A DNA stretch of 63,944 bases, filler included, from Octopus bimaculoides (GCF_001194135.2; 7 parts of 7 records of this genome joined end to end with filler, not necessarily neighbours in it); one strand, 5' to 3'; counted from the first letter of the whole stretch, positions 41,341 through 55,409 are shown. Numbers and translations are program-made. The notes: generated by a model not told the origin, from the letters alone.

Positions 41341-42379
41341 TAATAATCAAAAGATTCTTCCCCTCACAACCTTGCTGCCAAGTAGGTGACTGGTCAAAAT
41401 TAACTCTAAATTAAAAAGAGAAAAATAACATATAAGCATACATGTAAACATATCTTGCCGAGATCAAATTTGCCTTTCATCCTTTCGTGGTTGATAAATG
41501 AAACTCCAGTAAAGTACTCGGGTCAATAATTTTCTTTCAGCCTGTCTGACTTTCTCTGTTTTGGAAGAATCAGCTGTGCTAGAGGGATGAGTTCCACCAC
41601 TTCTAAAAATGCCTAAGACACACCGCATGTAACGACGGCGCTCCTATTACTCTCTAGGTGTTGAAAGTCTCAAGCAAGACAAGACATATATACATACATG
41701 ACGGATTTAGTAGAAAGCTGTAAATATATCCTGAATATAACTTTACCTGTGATAACAGGTAAACTTCATTATTAACTCTCTGCGTAGTTACCATCTTTAG
41801 AAAATACGCTTCACAAAACCTGAAAGGACTCAAAAAATAGAAAAGTAATGGAACGTTAAAGAAACATATATTCAGGAGTTCAGGTTGTTAGAATGTGGAT
41901 ATGCATACTAACAAATGTATATATACACATGTTCATACACATTTAAATCTGATTGGTATGATAAAGTTCTGATCGGTAACACTATAACGTGTGTTCTACT
42001 GTAGAATTTAGATTTCCTGTGAGTATGGCCTTCGTTTTTCAGAGCAGGCGAAGTACACGTGCGACAGAAAGCGTACTACATAGGATTAAACGAATCTATG
42101 TTACCACCCCATATATATATATATATATGCAGCACAGAATTTTGTCAATGAACAGGTCGCGGTCTCAAAGCGACGAAAATATTTTGGTAAATTAAATTTA
42201 AATGTTGAAGTGAATCTAACGGCTTTTTTGTGTTTCTTAAATGGCTTATAAACACCTTCCACGCTGCAATTGTTATATANNNNNNNNNNNNNNNNNNNNN
42301 NNNNNNNNNNNNNNNNNNNNNNNTTAATTAATTAANNNNNNNNNNNNNNNNNNNNNNNNNNNNNNNNNNNNNNNNNNNN

Positions 42380-42417
<38 letters not shown>

Positions 42418-42433
42418 CAGACATGTATATGTA

Positions 42434-43000
42434 CAGTAGCGAGCAAAACAGGAGAACGATTGATATTTTTTAAATGTTGGAAAGGCTAGTGAACGTACAA
42501 ATTCGTAATTGGTTTCGTAAACGCGGTTAACCATTAGCGAAACTCTCTGAAAAATCTAAGTTTGTACTAACATTAGTTTCGTGCAAATGTCTCATGTGCA
42601 AAATAAGAGAACGATTAAATTCCTTCAGAGATTTCTCGTAATTTCAAACATTGTTTACATTTGCTGGCTCATCGTAATTACCGTTTTAGTATTGTGCTAT
42701 AATCCGAACATGGAACACCATGCTAAAGTTACTCCGGACCTCCCAAAGGAAATTGTCAGGATGAAAGTTTCAGGAATGACTCTCTCGACTATTTCACGAG
42801 ACGCAAGAAAATCTAAGAGTGTAGTTTCACGTGTTCTTAAGCTCTATGAAGAAACTAAAGGTTTTGAAGCGAAAGAGGCAACTGGTAGACCACGGAAAAC
42901 CACCATGCGAGATGATCGAGCCATGAAACGGCAAGTGGCAAGTGGACAAACGAAAGAAAGGGCACTCAACACATTTACTTGGAATTACATGTATTGTTTA
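42434..43000 (+). mobile_element. Tc1-like transposon remnant (N-terminal HTH)
   Basis: TA|CAGTAGCGAGCAAAA end; MEHHAKVT..SKSVVSRVLKLYEET..TGRPRKTTMRDDRAMKR (Tc1 GRPRKT motif). Confidence 0.8.
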
Positions 43001-43129
43001 AAATAGTTTGATTTGGATTCAGGGCTACTTCACAGTCTGAAGCCCCTAACAGGGCCTCTCTTCAGTCCAGAGGAAATTGTATAACATTGAGTCAGTCCAC
43101 CTTTAATCACTTGAGATGTGTGGTCGGAA

Positions 43130-43653
43130 TCCTTTCTCGAATTCCTTCTCATATGAAAAGAACGAGAACATTTCGTTCTCTTCGGGTTGCATGAATTTGT
43201 TAAGCTCTTCAATCTGATCACACTGTTTTCCTTTTACTTATCGGACATGAACTGGCCTCTTCTCATAACATTTTGTACCTGATGTCGTCGTGCACCACAC
43301 ACCTAATCGTTGACTCCGACACATGGCTCGCATCCATTTGCCGAAGGTCTTTGCCGACGATGCGCCGAGCAATGTCTCTTTCTTTTGGCCATGGAAGACA
43401 CATTGCTGACAGATATCAGGAGATCTTAAACACGATATTAAACACGAAGGATCTAGCGACATTTCCGAAGGTCTCAATTTCAAAAACGCTGTCGTTGGTG
43501 GCTATAACGACGAGAACAATATGACCTTTCATTCTTTGTATTAAATTCGAAATTTCCGTGTCGGGGCTGAAAAAAAAAAGAAAGAATATTTGCTTAATGT
43601 TTAGGCCATTTATAGTTCTTACAAGTTTTGTTCTCAAATAACTGAAGCACCCT
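43130..43653 (-). mobile_element. maT/DD37D-like transposase N-terminal remnant
   Basis: VSESTIRCVVHDDIRYK..VMRRGQFMSDK..PEENEMFSFFSYEK across frameshifts; a GGGTGC TIR-like end near 43653. Confidence 0.7.
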
Positions 43654-43723
43654 ACATACATACATGCATGCATGCATACATACATACATACATACATACA
43701 TCCATACACAGCTATGATTTGTA

Positions 43724-43764
<41 letters not shown>

Positions 43765-43767
<3 letters not shown>

Positions 43768-43967
43768 GGAGTAAGCACATGAAATGTGCAACAAGGTGGA
43801 AAAAAGAGTACTCAAATACCAGAGGTAGAGTAATATGCTTTATTTAAAAGCAGCAGAAATATAACAAAAAAACCGTTACTCTGAGTTTCACGTTCCCGTT
43901 CATCGTCCGATGAACGGGAACGTGAAACTCAAAGTAACGGTTTTTTTGTTATATTTCTGCTGCTTTT
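43765..43967. mobile_element. Palindromic hammerhead-bearing element, copy B (right arm runs into a gap)
   Basis: Starts ccggagtaagcacatgaaatgtg after (TA)n; palindrome centre gttcatcg-tc-cgatgaac. Confidence 0.75.
43902..43941 (+). ncRNA. Hammerhead-like motif, copy B right arm
   Basis: AUCGU-CCGAUGA-ACG GGAA CGU-GAAA-CUCAAA-GUA-ACGGU; stem I uses CGU/ACG; stem III has one mismatch. Confidence 0.55.
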
Positions 43968-44450
43968 NNNNNNNNNNNNNNNNNNNNNNNNNNNNNNNNN
44001 NNNNNNNNNNNNNNNNNNNNNNNNNNNNNNNNNNNNNNNNNNNNNNNNNNNNNNNNNNNNNNNNNNNNNNNNNNNNNNNNNNNNNNNNNNNNNNNNNNNN
44101 NNNNNNNNNNNNNNNNNNNNNNNNNNNNNNNNNNNNNNNNNNNNNNNNNNNNNNNNNNNNNNNNNNNNNNNNNNNNNNNNNNNNNNNNNNNNNNNNNNNN
44201 NNNNNNNNNNNNNNNNNNNNNNNNNNNNNNNNNNNNNNNNNNNNNNNNNNNNNNNNNNNNNNNNNNNNNNNNNNNNNNNNNNNNNNNNNNNNNNNNNNNN
44301 NNNNNNNNNNNNNNNNNNNNNNNNNNNNNNNNNNNNNNNNNNNNNNNNNNNNNNNNNNNNNNNNNNNNNNNNNNNNNNNNNNNNNNNNNNNNNNNNNNNN
44401 NNNNNNNNNNNNNNNNNNNNNNNNNNNNNNNNNNNNNNNNNNTATATATA

Positions 44451-45260
44451 CAGTGTGTCCCTAAAAATGAATTACACTGAATTATTATGAAATCAGTGTT
44501 TATTGAAATTTAAGAGAATCTTCTGTCAGAATTCTTTTTTTTTTTTCATGGAAGCTTTCTTTCCAACTAATAATCAATGTGGCCCAAATACTGCTTATAA
44601 TGCAAAGCAATGGAATCGCACACATTTGAAATATTTCGTTCTGTATCAATGTGTATTCTTGTTTAATGGCAACCCTCAATTTATTGGTTGCTGCTGGTTA
44701 TGCACCTTGAGTTTCATCTTTGGAGCATCGTGATAAAAAGAAAAGTCCAGCTGCGTGACATCCGGTGAACGCGGAGAGTATTCTAATTAACGTCTTCGTC
44801 CAATCTGTTTGTGTGGCAAAATCTCATTAAGACAGGGCCTTACATTACTATGGTAGTGTTGGAAATAAAGCTTCACCTTTTCAAAGTCTTCTTGAAATGC
44901 TCGGCATGACAGATTGTCGCAGCAATTTCAAATAAATAAGACCAGTCATAGTACAGTAAGAAATGAATAGTCCAAGCAATCCTATGATACACCGCACCAC
45001 ACTATAACTTCTGGAAAATTAACGTCATGTTTCTCCTTAATATGCAGATTGAGCTATTTGATTTAAATGTAGGCATGTCATTCTAAACAATTGTTGTTGG
45101 AAAGTGAGCATCTTCTACACATCTTAGTAAATAACACACGCAAAATCCACTTTTCATTCAGGATCTTTTTCATCGCCAACATGGACTATTCTCACGACTC
45201 GCTTATCGCACAGATCTTCTTGACTTCTGTGAATACATTTTTAATACCCTTTCGTGTGTT
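44451..45260 (-). mobile_element. Decayed Tc3/mariner-like transposon
   Basis: TA|CAGTGTGTCCC end; IGRR..EYSPRSPDVTQLDFSF matches the WPPRSPDLTPLDF motif. Confidence 0.7.
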
Positions 45261-48029
45261 GTGGGACGGACGGACAGACTAACTAACTAACTAACTAACT
45301 AACTAATTGACTGACTGACTGACTCACTCACTCACTCACTCACTCCCTCACTGACTCGCTCCTCCTCACTCACTCCTTATCGTTCGCTACTTTAATCTTC
45401 TTAGTTGATGATTAGTATACTCATAAAACTAATCTTACACATTCACAGACAGATATACACGTTTTTTTTTTTTTAAGTAGAAACGAAGGTTCTTTTTAGT
45501 GGAAAAAGGAGAATGCTTTTAAAAAATTAAGCTGTTTCTCAATAACTTTGAGGAAATAAAAAGAAATGATTCCCACATAGTTAGAGGGTCTTAATTTTCG
45601 CATGTTGTTTTCTTGTTTCTAAAAGATAACCAACACATTGTGAGATATGCATGAGTTTATCTATATCTTTGCAGAATGTCAATTTACTGCAGGTATAGTT
45701 AACTATCAGATCTGAACCCAGCATTAGAAATAAATAAATAGAGAATAAGACAGCGTGAGATGGTGAACTGTACTTCTGAATGATTACTCAAGTAGAGTGA
45801 ATTATATGGGATTTTATGAGAAAAGTCAATCCTTCTACAATCCGGTTGATAGCCTTTTCATTTCAATATATCCAACTCTTTTCAGTCAGTGTTGTTTAGT
45901 TTCGGACACCATGAAAAAGTTGACATATTATCGAAGGTTTCAAGTCACGACCGTATTTCTTTTAAACAGATTGTGTTCAGTACAGTATTATCCAAAATAT
46001 TCTTTATTTTTTAAAGAAATTTGATGGAGACTTCGCTAAAAATTTCAAAAAGGTATAATGGCCGTCTAATGAGACACTCGTTGGCCAGTTCAGTTTCATT
46101 TTGAAGTTTAGTAATTTCAGCCCTTTTGGGCGGCACCGACATAAAAATTCACTTTGGACACATGTATTAAAAAAAAAATGCACTCTCAGAAACTACTAAG
46201 GGAATAATTTAATAATTTTCTCCTAGTTGTCATGGTCACCGAAAGAAAAGATGTTTATGTATGATATTCGCTTCAGACTTGACTTTGTGTCTCATGTGCT
46301 TATCACCTATCAAAGGGTCGACAAACATTTACAAATTAGTTACATTCATGTATTTTATTTGTGTATTTTATGCTTTTAGAGTGCAACCGATCAATTGCAG
46401 TACATTTGTTGTTCAACTTATCCCGAAGTAGCATTGTTATACGAAATTGGTGAATGAGATTTGTAAATCCCTGATTCTTTCAGGGCATCTTTTAACATGA
46501 TTTCCAACATCAAAATAACATGACTAGTAACATCCAGTTTCCGTGTGGTTACTAATAAAAGTCAGTTCTAGAAGCATTTTTTTTTTTAATTCTCTAGCCA
46601 CTTGACAAAGGACGTTCAAAGCTAAACGATACAACTTCCTGACATCGAACATCAATATATGCTCGGTTCATGACCTAAACTTCGATAAACTATTCAGCTA
46701 CAATTAACACCCTTTCATCAAGCTAATACTTTATTTCTGAACAGTTTGTCTTTCCATACGTTCGTTGAATAACTATTATCTCCATCCTGATAGACCTCCT
46801 AGCAAATAGGAAACCCTGAAAAATGAACGCAGAATGAAAAGAATATAGCATAGGAAACAAGTGGATGGCCTGATTTCGTATCCCAGTAGCAGTTGCGAAA
46901 TTTCTCTAATGTATCTTCATGACGTAATGAAAGATATGGCGTATCAATTTGCATTTAAATTATAAAATTATTAAGTTATGCATTCATTTACAGATGCTTA
47001 AAATGACGAAAATACAACCAACTGACTCAATCCTATTTATATGTGAAGAAGAAATTATGAGTTTTATTCGTCGCAGAATTTCAAATCGGAGTCGTAAATA
47101 TAGATGATTAGACTATTTTGGCAACTAGGCATAGAATATAATCAACAATATTTCGCAATATCCTTGAACAAGATATTTAACGCTAATGAATTGCTAAAAG
47201 TTACTACGGTGTAGGAACACGCTTAAATTGTAGGAAATTCATAATTAATGAACATAATCAACGTATACGTTTTGATACACTAAGTTTAGTTCTATAAACT
47301 CAGAGCTTCGAGAAGAGCTGCCTCCAATATATTCCTTATATGATGCTATTCTGGATGATTTTGTTGTAGTAGGTGTATAGCTCTAGTTCTGCTCTTGTCA
47401 ATAAACTTATGATCAAACGCTTTCTAGTTGTGATCATCACGTCTTCTTCCAAAGCACAGAGAAACTGGAACCGCATCATCTAACGTGTACTTTCCTTTTC
47501 TGAAATAGTGAGGTGTGGTTTGAGAGAGATTTGGCAGTTCGGGCGACCAACTAGAAGCTTCCCCGTTTGATCGATTATAACGATACTATTTAGAGGTGTC
47601 ATTTACTTACAGAAAGTCAGCATGGGCTGGGAATCAATGCGATGGTTATCTTTAACTAACCAGAAATTTAACAATTCCTTCCCTACAATATACATACCGT
47701 ATTCGATAGCAGATAAGTAGCAATATTTTTTCTCTCTCTCCCTCTCTCGAAAAAAGTCTAAAAATATTTCCCTGTGTCCTATATGTGAAGGTGCACCTTT
47801 ATTAAACGTTGCAATGCACTAAAATAATTTCTTATAGAACTTGCGCTGTAGAAATTAGGGAGCGCCTAATATGCCCGTGTGTCTTTTATGCCATCAAATA
47901 CGATAATATATTTCCCTGTTACCATATCAAAAATAAGTGGTTGTGTTTGCTAAAAAACGAATTAGGTATTTAGGTGAGAGAAAATCAAAATAGAAGGCAA
48001 TTCATTTATAATTTTCTATATCGAAAACC

Positions 48030-48320
48030 GGTGCAATGGCCCAGTGGTTAGAGCAGCGGACTTGCGGTTTCGATTCCCAGACCGGGCGTTGTGTGTGTTT
48101 ATTGAACGAAAACACCTAAGCTCCACGCGGCTCCGGCAGAGGGTGGTGGCGGCTCCTGTTGTATTCTTTCGCCCCAACTTTCACTCACTCTTTCTTCCTG
48201 TTTCTTGAGTAAAGCTGCGATGGACTGGTGTCCAGTCCAGCTCGGGGTAGGGGACACATACGCCATGGAAACCGGGAAACCGGGCCAATGAGTCTGGCTA
48301 GGCTTTGAAAGGGCGCATAA
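48030..48320 (+). mobile_element. SINE family C copy
   Basis: tggcccagtgg / ggtttcgattccc boxes and the same core; a more decayed relative lies at about 12830-13030. Confidence 0.8.
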
Positions 48321-48839
48321 AAAAATATCGAAAACCATTTGGTTAGGGTGCTAGAAAAGTAGTCACGGCGAGATTGTGACACGTAAAATTTAAGCTACGA
48401 AAATTGATGTTTGTAAATAACCGAGTCCCCTTATGTTTCCACATAGTCCCGAAAATATGATAAAATTTGCTATTGTAAACTATATAGAAATAGCTTAGAA
48501 TTGTTTCTAGCGAGGGAGCCACGTGGATACACTGACGTCCAAACCAGGGGCCACTGTTCTCTCTTTCGAAATATACGTGTCCGTGATAAAAAAAAAAGAA
48601 AAATTAGAGGTATATTTACTATTAGATGGACAATAAACCACAGTAGGGAGTGTCTACTATACGTCAAAATGTTTATATGTGTGTATATATGCATGTATGT
48701 ATATGCATGTGCGTGCGTGCATGAGTGTGTGCATGAGTGTGTGCATGTGTATACGGGCTTGGGTGCATGTGTGTCTACGTGACTGCATGTAATTGTCTAT
48801 AAATATTTATTTAAACACATATATTAAATAAATATATGC

Positions 48840-48936
<97 letters not shown>

Positions 48937-49036
48937 NNNNNNNNNNNNNNNNNNNNNNNNNNNNNNNNNNNNNNNNNNNNTTAATTAATTAANNNNNNNN
49001 NNNNNNNNNNNNNNNNNNNNNNNNNNNNNNNNNNNN

Positions 49037-49312
49037 TTGAAGGACGTCCCCCAAAGTGTCACTTGTGCCTGGAGCCAGGCCATATTAAAAGGAACTGACC
49101 CCAGGACCATGGTAAGGTCCTGGAACAGTCACTGAAAGCTACCTCCCCTACCCGGTCAAAGGGAGAGATGGATGTGTTTGAGGAGGCTTCAGCATCCTCA
49201 ACCCAAAAAGGATTAAAAAGGAAGAAAGCGGGCAACAATGGTTGCACGCTGAAGGACCCAAAGGCTTCGGGAGGTGGGGTAGACACTCCGCACAAAGCGG
49301 AAGAGCTCCACT
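49037..49312 (+). mobile_element. Tx1/L1-type ORF1 remnant with CCHC zinc knuckle
   Basis: EGRPPKCHLCLEPGHIKRN*PQ (last Cys mutated to a stop), followed by a low-complexity K/S/A tail. Confidence 0.7.
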
Positions 49313-50044
49313 NNNNNNNNNNNNNNNNNNNNNNNNNNNNNNNNNNNNNNNNNNNNNNNNNNNNNNNNNNNNNNNNNNNNNNNNNNNNNNNNNNNNNNNN
49401 NNNNNNNNNNNNNNNNNNNNNNNNNNNNNNNNNNNNNNNNNNNNNNNNNNNNNNNNNNNNNNNNNNNNNNNNNNNNNNNNNNNNNNNNNNNNNNNNNNNN
49501 NNNNNNNNNNNNNNNNNNNNNNNNNNNNNNNNNNNNNNNNNNNNNNNNNNNNNNNNNNNNNNNNNNNNNNNNNNNNNNNNNNNNNNNNNNNNNNNNNNNN
49601 NNNNNNNNNNNNNNNNNNNNNNNNATGACATATGCCTCGTACATGAATGAGGCATGGCAAATGGCGGGGTACGGGAACTCAAGTGGCACTGAAGATAATA
49701 ATAGATATATTGATAGTTATATCGATGAATAGGAGGTGAAAAAGACTCGTTAAGAGGGTTTCAAACCGCATCTTATTGCATTATTTGTAGTGGTTTAAAA
49801 CCTTAATTGTCTTTTTTTAAAGAAATGTTAAGTAAGAGGTTTTAGTGCCTCCTTTTTGTAAGAGGTTTCAAACCTCATATTGAGATTTTAAAAAAGAAAA
49901 TATGCTTTTGAGAAAAACCCAATCGGCGGTCGTTGGGCTTCGTCTCTCCTGTATTAATTTATGTCATTTCATTTTCATTCATTAATGTGTTGTCCAGCCC
50001 GCAGCTACTCTATGTAGTGCCTTTATGGAAAATAAAATGAAATA

Positions 50045-50425
50045 AAGTAGCTTGCTTACCAACCACATGGTTCCGGGTTCAGTTCCACTGCGTGGCACCT
50101 TGGGCAAGTGTCTTCTACCCTAGCCTCGGGCCAACCAAAGCCTTGTTAGTGGATCTGGTAGACAGAAACTGAAAGAAGCCCGTCGTATATATGTATGTAT
50201 GTGTGTGTGTACGTTTGTGTGTCTGTGTTTGACCCCCCAACATCGCTTGACAGCCGATGCTGGTATGTTTACGTCCCCGTAACATAGAAGTTCGGCAAAA
50301 AAGACCAATAGAATAAGTACTATACTTACAAAGAATAAATCCCGGTGTCGATTTGCTCGACTAAAGGCGGTGCTCCAGCATGGCCACAGTCAAATGACTG
50401 AAACAAGTAGAAGAATAAAAAAGTA
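50045..50425 (+). mobile_element. SINE family A copy
   Basis: High identity to the reverse complement of 9805-10210. Confidence 0.9.
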
Positions 50426-50619
50426 AAGAGTATATTATAGGTTTCCCGTTTTTGAGGATTTCTAAATTAATTATTTTTGTGTGTAGAATTAATTTCGGCT
50501 GAGTATAACGGTCGAAATAATTCACGAAAAGTGTTCGCTGGATGAGCCAGTAAAGAAATTTCCGGCAGCTGTCGTGGTGGCAACTGAAAACATTGTTACC
50601 AACGGAAAAGCTCTCCGAG

Positions 50620-51522
50620 CTTTTTGAAAGCCCCGATTTGTGGCCGAACAAGTTGGAGAGAATCTTTTTCTGCTTTTTGTGGAAGGGAGGAAAGCCAATT
50701 GTGAAGCGCTCTGTCTGCTGCCAGAAACCGCTAAAGAGCTAGCGATGCCTTGGCTGAAGATACGTTAAGGTTGAGGCACCTCTGGCTTTACCTGGATGGA
50801 CAGCAGGTGTGGTTACTGCACGTTCGGTTCTACCTTCTGCATTAACGTCCTTAACGGACATTGGTACATGGATCAGGCAGAGACCTAGGTTGGGGGCCTG
50901 GCAATTGGAGGGCCGTCAGGCACTTCAGCTACTCTCTTGGGCAGGCAATGCCGGCAACAGGAGTTCCACCGTGGATTTTTATAGTGGGTTAGTGGAATTT
51001 ATGTCCGAAGACGCCTTGCGGGAGACCCTGGGCTACGATGAGAATCAGTTGATCAACCTGTTCAAGAGAGCTTTCGGGCCGGGGTATCTCGACAATTACC
51101 AGAAATCCCTGACTTGGCAGTGCTTCCGTGCGGCGTAACCTGTTCGTGATAAACTGTCAAGGCAGGGAAGTGCCGTCTCGCCGACATGTCTGATAGTTTT
51201 CACAGAACAACTGTAGTCATCGATGAGAAGAGTACAGCTATCAGCTGAGTCTACCATCGAGATTGTGCCGCCTCCTTCCCTTAACAGGGAAAGGAAGGCT
51301 TGCTTTTTCTGCGTAGTAGCCATACTGAAAGACACAGAATGGAAGACGCGTGTGAGAGGAATAGTGACGGGTACCTTTGTATCTGGCCAGAAGTTGGTTA
51401 ACTTTTTTAGTTACTACCGAAGTAGTGAGATCAGGCTGGAGAAGAGGTACCTGTCACGAAGTAAATTTGTGAAAAGATGGAGGCCTGTGGCAAGAAAGCT
51501 GGGAGCGATTAGCACCAGTTAA
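50620..51522 (+). mobile_element. Tx1/L1-type ORF2 C-terminal remnant
   Basis: KLERIFFCFLWKGGKPIVKRSVC..LRHLW..YQKSLTWQCFRAA*PVRDKL..FVKRW; a GC-richer block. Confidence 0.8.
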
Positions 51523-51744
51523 GTGGAGCCCAGGAAAAAAGCAAAGGTTCTACCCTGGAGGTCGGATGCCTTTCCTTCAGGGAATACATTGCATGTTGCA
51601 ATGTGTATCATCGAACTTTTAATTGTAGCATATTAATTCAGCATGCGAAAACATGAACTTTTCATCGTCAGAGCTACTTTACGCTTTTATGTTTGTCTGT
51701 CCTCGTTTGTCCACTCTCTGTAATGCCTGTATAGCAAAACCTAA

Positions 51745-52208
51745 TGAAATAAATAGCTTGTTTACCAATCGCATTGTTCTGGGTTCAGTCCCACTGCGTG
51801 GAACCTTGGGCAAGTGTCTTCTACTATAGCCTGGGACCGACCAAAGCTTTGTAAGTGGATTTGGTGAACGGAAACTGAAAGAAGCCGGTTGTATATATAT
51901 ATGTGCGCATGAGTGGCTGTGTGGTAAGTAGCTTGCTTACCAACCACATGGTTCTCGGTTCAGTCCCACTGCGTGGCACTTTAGGCAAGTTTCTTCTACT
52001 ATAGCCTCGGGCCGACCAAAGCCTCGTGGGTGGATTTGGTAGACTGAAACTGAAAGAAGCCGGTTGTATATATATATGTGCGCATGAGTGGCNNNNNNNN
52101 NNNNNNNNNNNNNNNNNNNNNNNNNNNNNNNNNNNNNNNNNNNNNNNNNNNNNNNNNNNNNNNNNNNNNNNNNNNNNNNNNNNNNNATATATATGTGTGT
52201 GTGTGTGT

Positions 52209-52254
<46 letters not shown>

Positions 52255-52460
52255 CTGTGTGTGTGTTCGTCCCACAACATTGCTTGACAACAGATGCTGG
52301 TGTGTTTACGTCCTCGTAACGTAGCGGTTCGGCAAAAGAGACAGATAGAATAAGTACTAAGCTTACAAAGAATAAGTCCCGTGGTTGATTTGCTCGTCTA
52401 AAGGCGTTGCTCCAGCATGGCCGTAGTCAAATGATTGAAACAAGTAAAAGAGTAAAAGAG
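51745..52460 (+). mobile_element. SINE family A: two tandem 5' halves followed by a 3' half
   Basis: Head segment repeated at about 51750-51900 and 51910-52075, then the tail after a gap. Confidence 0.85.
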
Positions 52461-52701
52461 TATATATATATATATATATATACTGTTGTGTCTGGGGAGA
52501 GTCACACCCATATATATACTTACATACTAACATATATAGACTAAAACACGCACACTCACATATATACATATACCCATACATATACACATACCCATATGTA
52601 TATACAAAAAAACCTACACTCATATATAAATATATACACACAGACTTAAACACTCACACATATATAAAAAATATATATATATATGAACAAAAAAATCACA
52701 A

Positions 52702-54960
52702 TTAGCTAAAATTTTTATATAAATAAAGTAATTTATGTCTACATTTTATTTTTCGTTCATGAAAAGAATTAAGTAAATTATTATCCTTATGAAATAATAT
52801 CTCCTTAAATTCATTATTAAATAAATTACAAAAATTATTAACTATATGATAGGATTTTGCCTTACAAACTATCTCCCATTTTAAAATATAGTTAATACAT
52901 TTAGATTTAAGTTTCCAAAGGAACTAAAGCCAGTAGAATTAATCAAATTTCTATTCTTAAATGAGTGCATATGTTGAGCCACTCGTAATTTAATTTATTA
53001 GAAGTCGATCCTATATAAATTTTATTTAAATTATAACCATTATGCTTATTCCCATTCGTTAACGTCACTATACATTTATACACTACATCCTTCAAATTAC
53101 ATTTATTATTAAAATTACATTTAGTCTTATCTAGACATGTACAATTAATTATATCTTTGTGCACATTATTATTATTATTAGAATAATTATTAAATTTAAA
53201 TTAATAATACTTATTTAACTTAAATCTATTAAAAGAAGAGATAATATTAGCAACATTATTAGTAGTAGAATAACCTACACCAAAATTATTAGTAGAAAAT
53301 ATATAATGATATTTTTTTATCTCTAAGGAATAAATCAATAACATTTACAATTCCATTAATAATGTTAATTTCAACTTGAACGCTGTATGGAATAATTAGC
53401 CAGAATTTGTTCTTATTATAGATATTATTGTATTTATTATTAATATTATTAAATTTATTATTATCATTAAAAAAATTACAATTATATTTATTATTGTTTC
53501 CATTAAAATTATGTTTATGTAATTTATTATCATAATACCTATTATTCTTATTGTAATTACCTAAGAAGACTTTATCGTGAGTATAAAGGTTATGTTTATT
53601 AAAAAGATCATTACTATTATAATCATTACTAATAAAATTATAATTATATTTCGGATTATTAAAAAATTTCATACCATTAGTATATCCCGCCTCTTGAAGG
53701 GCTTTATTGTAATAAGGTCCATATTTTTGAAAGATCTCTATACTCGAAGAGAGTAAAGATATTTTCTTACCTATAGTAAATGTTAATGATTTTTAATTGA
53801 GGTTGGGTGATTACTTTTCGCGTGAATGTATTTAATATTTTCATTAATCTTATGGTAAGGTTGGGTATTACCAGTAGATAAATTAAAATTAGCATGTAAA
53901 TAATTTATACTATAGTACTCATTATAAATAGTAATCTTTAAACCATTTCTTTTTTAAAAACTAAATATTCTCTCCTTATATAATTCTAGTTTTCTATTAG
54001 TGCAATTTTTAGTAAGTAATAAAAGGTCATCCCTATATAAACCACCCTCCAATATTAAGTTTTCAAGTTCAAGTTCTGATAATAAATATATACCTACTAA
54101 ATCAGTTACCTGTGCTGAATCCGGCGCCCCCATTGGAATAACAAAATAGTCCCTAGTATATTTCCTAGCCCACAGTTTATTATCATATTTAATGAATGAT
54201 TTCCTAGCCATTTTAACTACATTTACTTCATCATAAGTCATACCTACCTTCTTCATTGCATGAATTAGGGCCTTATTAAGTACAATCTCGTTAATAGAAG
54301 AATAATTATCAATATCTATTTGAATAAATTTATATCTATTTTTATCTTTAATATTATTAATCCATTTTAAAGTATCAATAGTACTATTCCATAATTTAAG
54401 GTAATTAATTCCATTTAATCTATTAATATATTTATCTAAAATTATTTTACTTAATTTACCTAGATCTGACTTACAAGGACAGCTAAATCTAACTTTAGGG
54501 TCAGAATAAAAATTATCCTTATGGTCTTTTAATGTAATTCTAGGGTGCATAGGTACATAAAGTTCTGTCTTATTATCAAGTTCATATTTAAACATTATTA
54601 ATTTAGAGGCCTTATTTATCGAATATAACGTATTATCTGGAACTATTTTATATTTTTTTATTAATTTCTATTTCTAATAAATAATCATATAGTTTTACAT
54701 CTAGTTTATATAGGTTCCTAGTTTTATCTGATTGTACTATAATTCCATCCATATTTCTAAATTGTTTAATTGTAATGGCCAGATTTCCTACATAATCGTT
54801 ATGCCTATTTGGGTATTTTTGAAATTTAATATTTTTCATTACTTTCCAAATACAATCCTCTAAAGTCTAAATTTAGAATAACATAATCTGAATTATCTAC
54901 CTCATTAATATTAGTGATATTATGATTATTATTAAAATAAGCTTTCCAGGATCTATTTTA
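52702..54960 (-). mobile_element. Near full-length Penelope-like retroelement (RT + GIY-YIG endonuclease), frameshifted
   Basis: Motifs in order: RSWKAYF; IVQSDKTRNLY; LKDHKDNF..CKSDLGKLSKIILD; FIQIDID; PMGAPDSAQVTDLVGIYLL; GGLYRDD; VVYKC..KIYIGSTSN; WEIVCKAKSY..CNL..KCRHK, then a stop at 52702-52704. Confidence 0.92.
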
Positions 54961-55095
54961 AAACGGGGGCCACAGTATTTTCTTAACGAAACACTNNNNN
55001 NNNNNNNNNNNNNNNNNNNNNNNNNNNNNNNNNNNNNNNTTAATTAATTAANNNNNNNNNNNNNNNNNNNNNNNNNNNNNNNNNNNNNNNNNNNN

Positions 55096-55201
<106 letters not shown>

Positions 55202-55409
55202 GGCAGGCAGGCAGGCAGTACAAATGAGTCATGCACAACTAAATTAGCTGAAATCATTAGAGAATGGTGAAGGGAATTTAATTTCGTGTAATTAAACTGA
55301 TAAAAGTCAAATTAAGCACTCCCAAATATAACAATCTAACAGGATTATCTTAAACATGTCACATCAATTAATTATTCTAAGAAAGATAAAAACTGAAATT
55401 AAAAAAATG

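Noticed and set aside
48520-48540. E-box (CACGTG) and CRE-like (TGACGTC) pair as the promoter of the gene at 56.8 kb
   Set aside because: Short motifs are expected by chance and are separated from the gene by two artificial joins.
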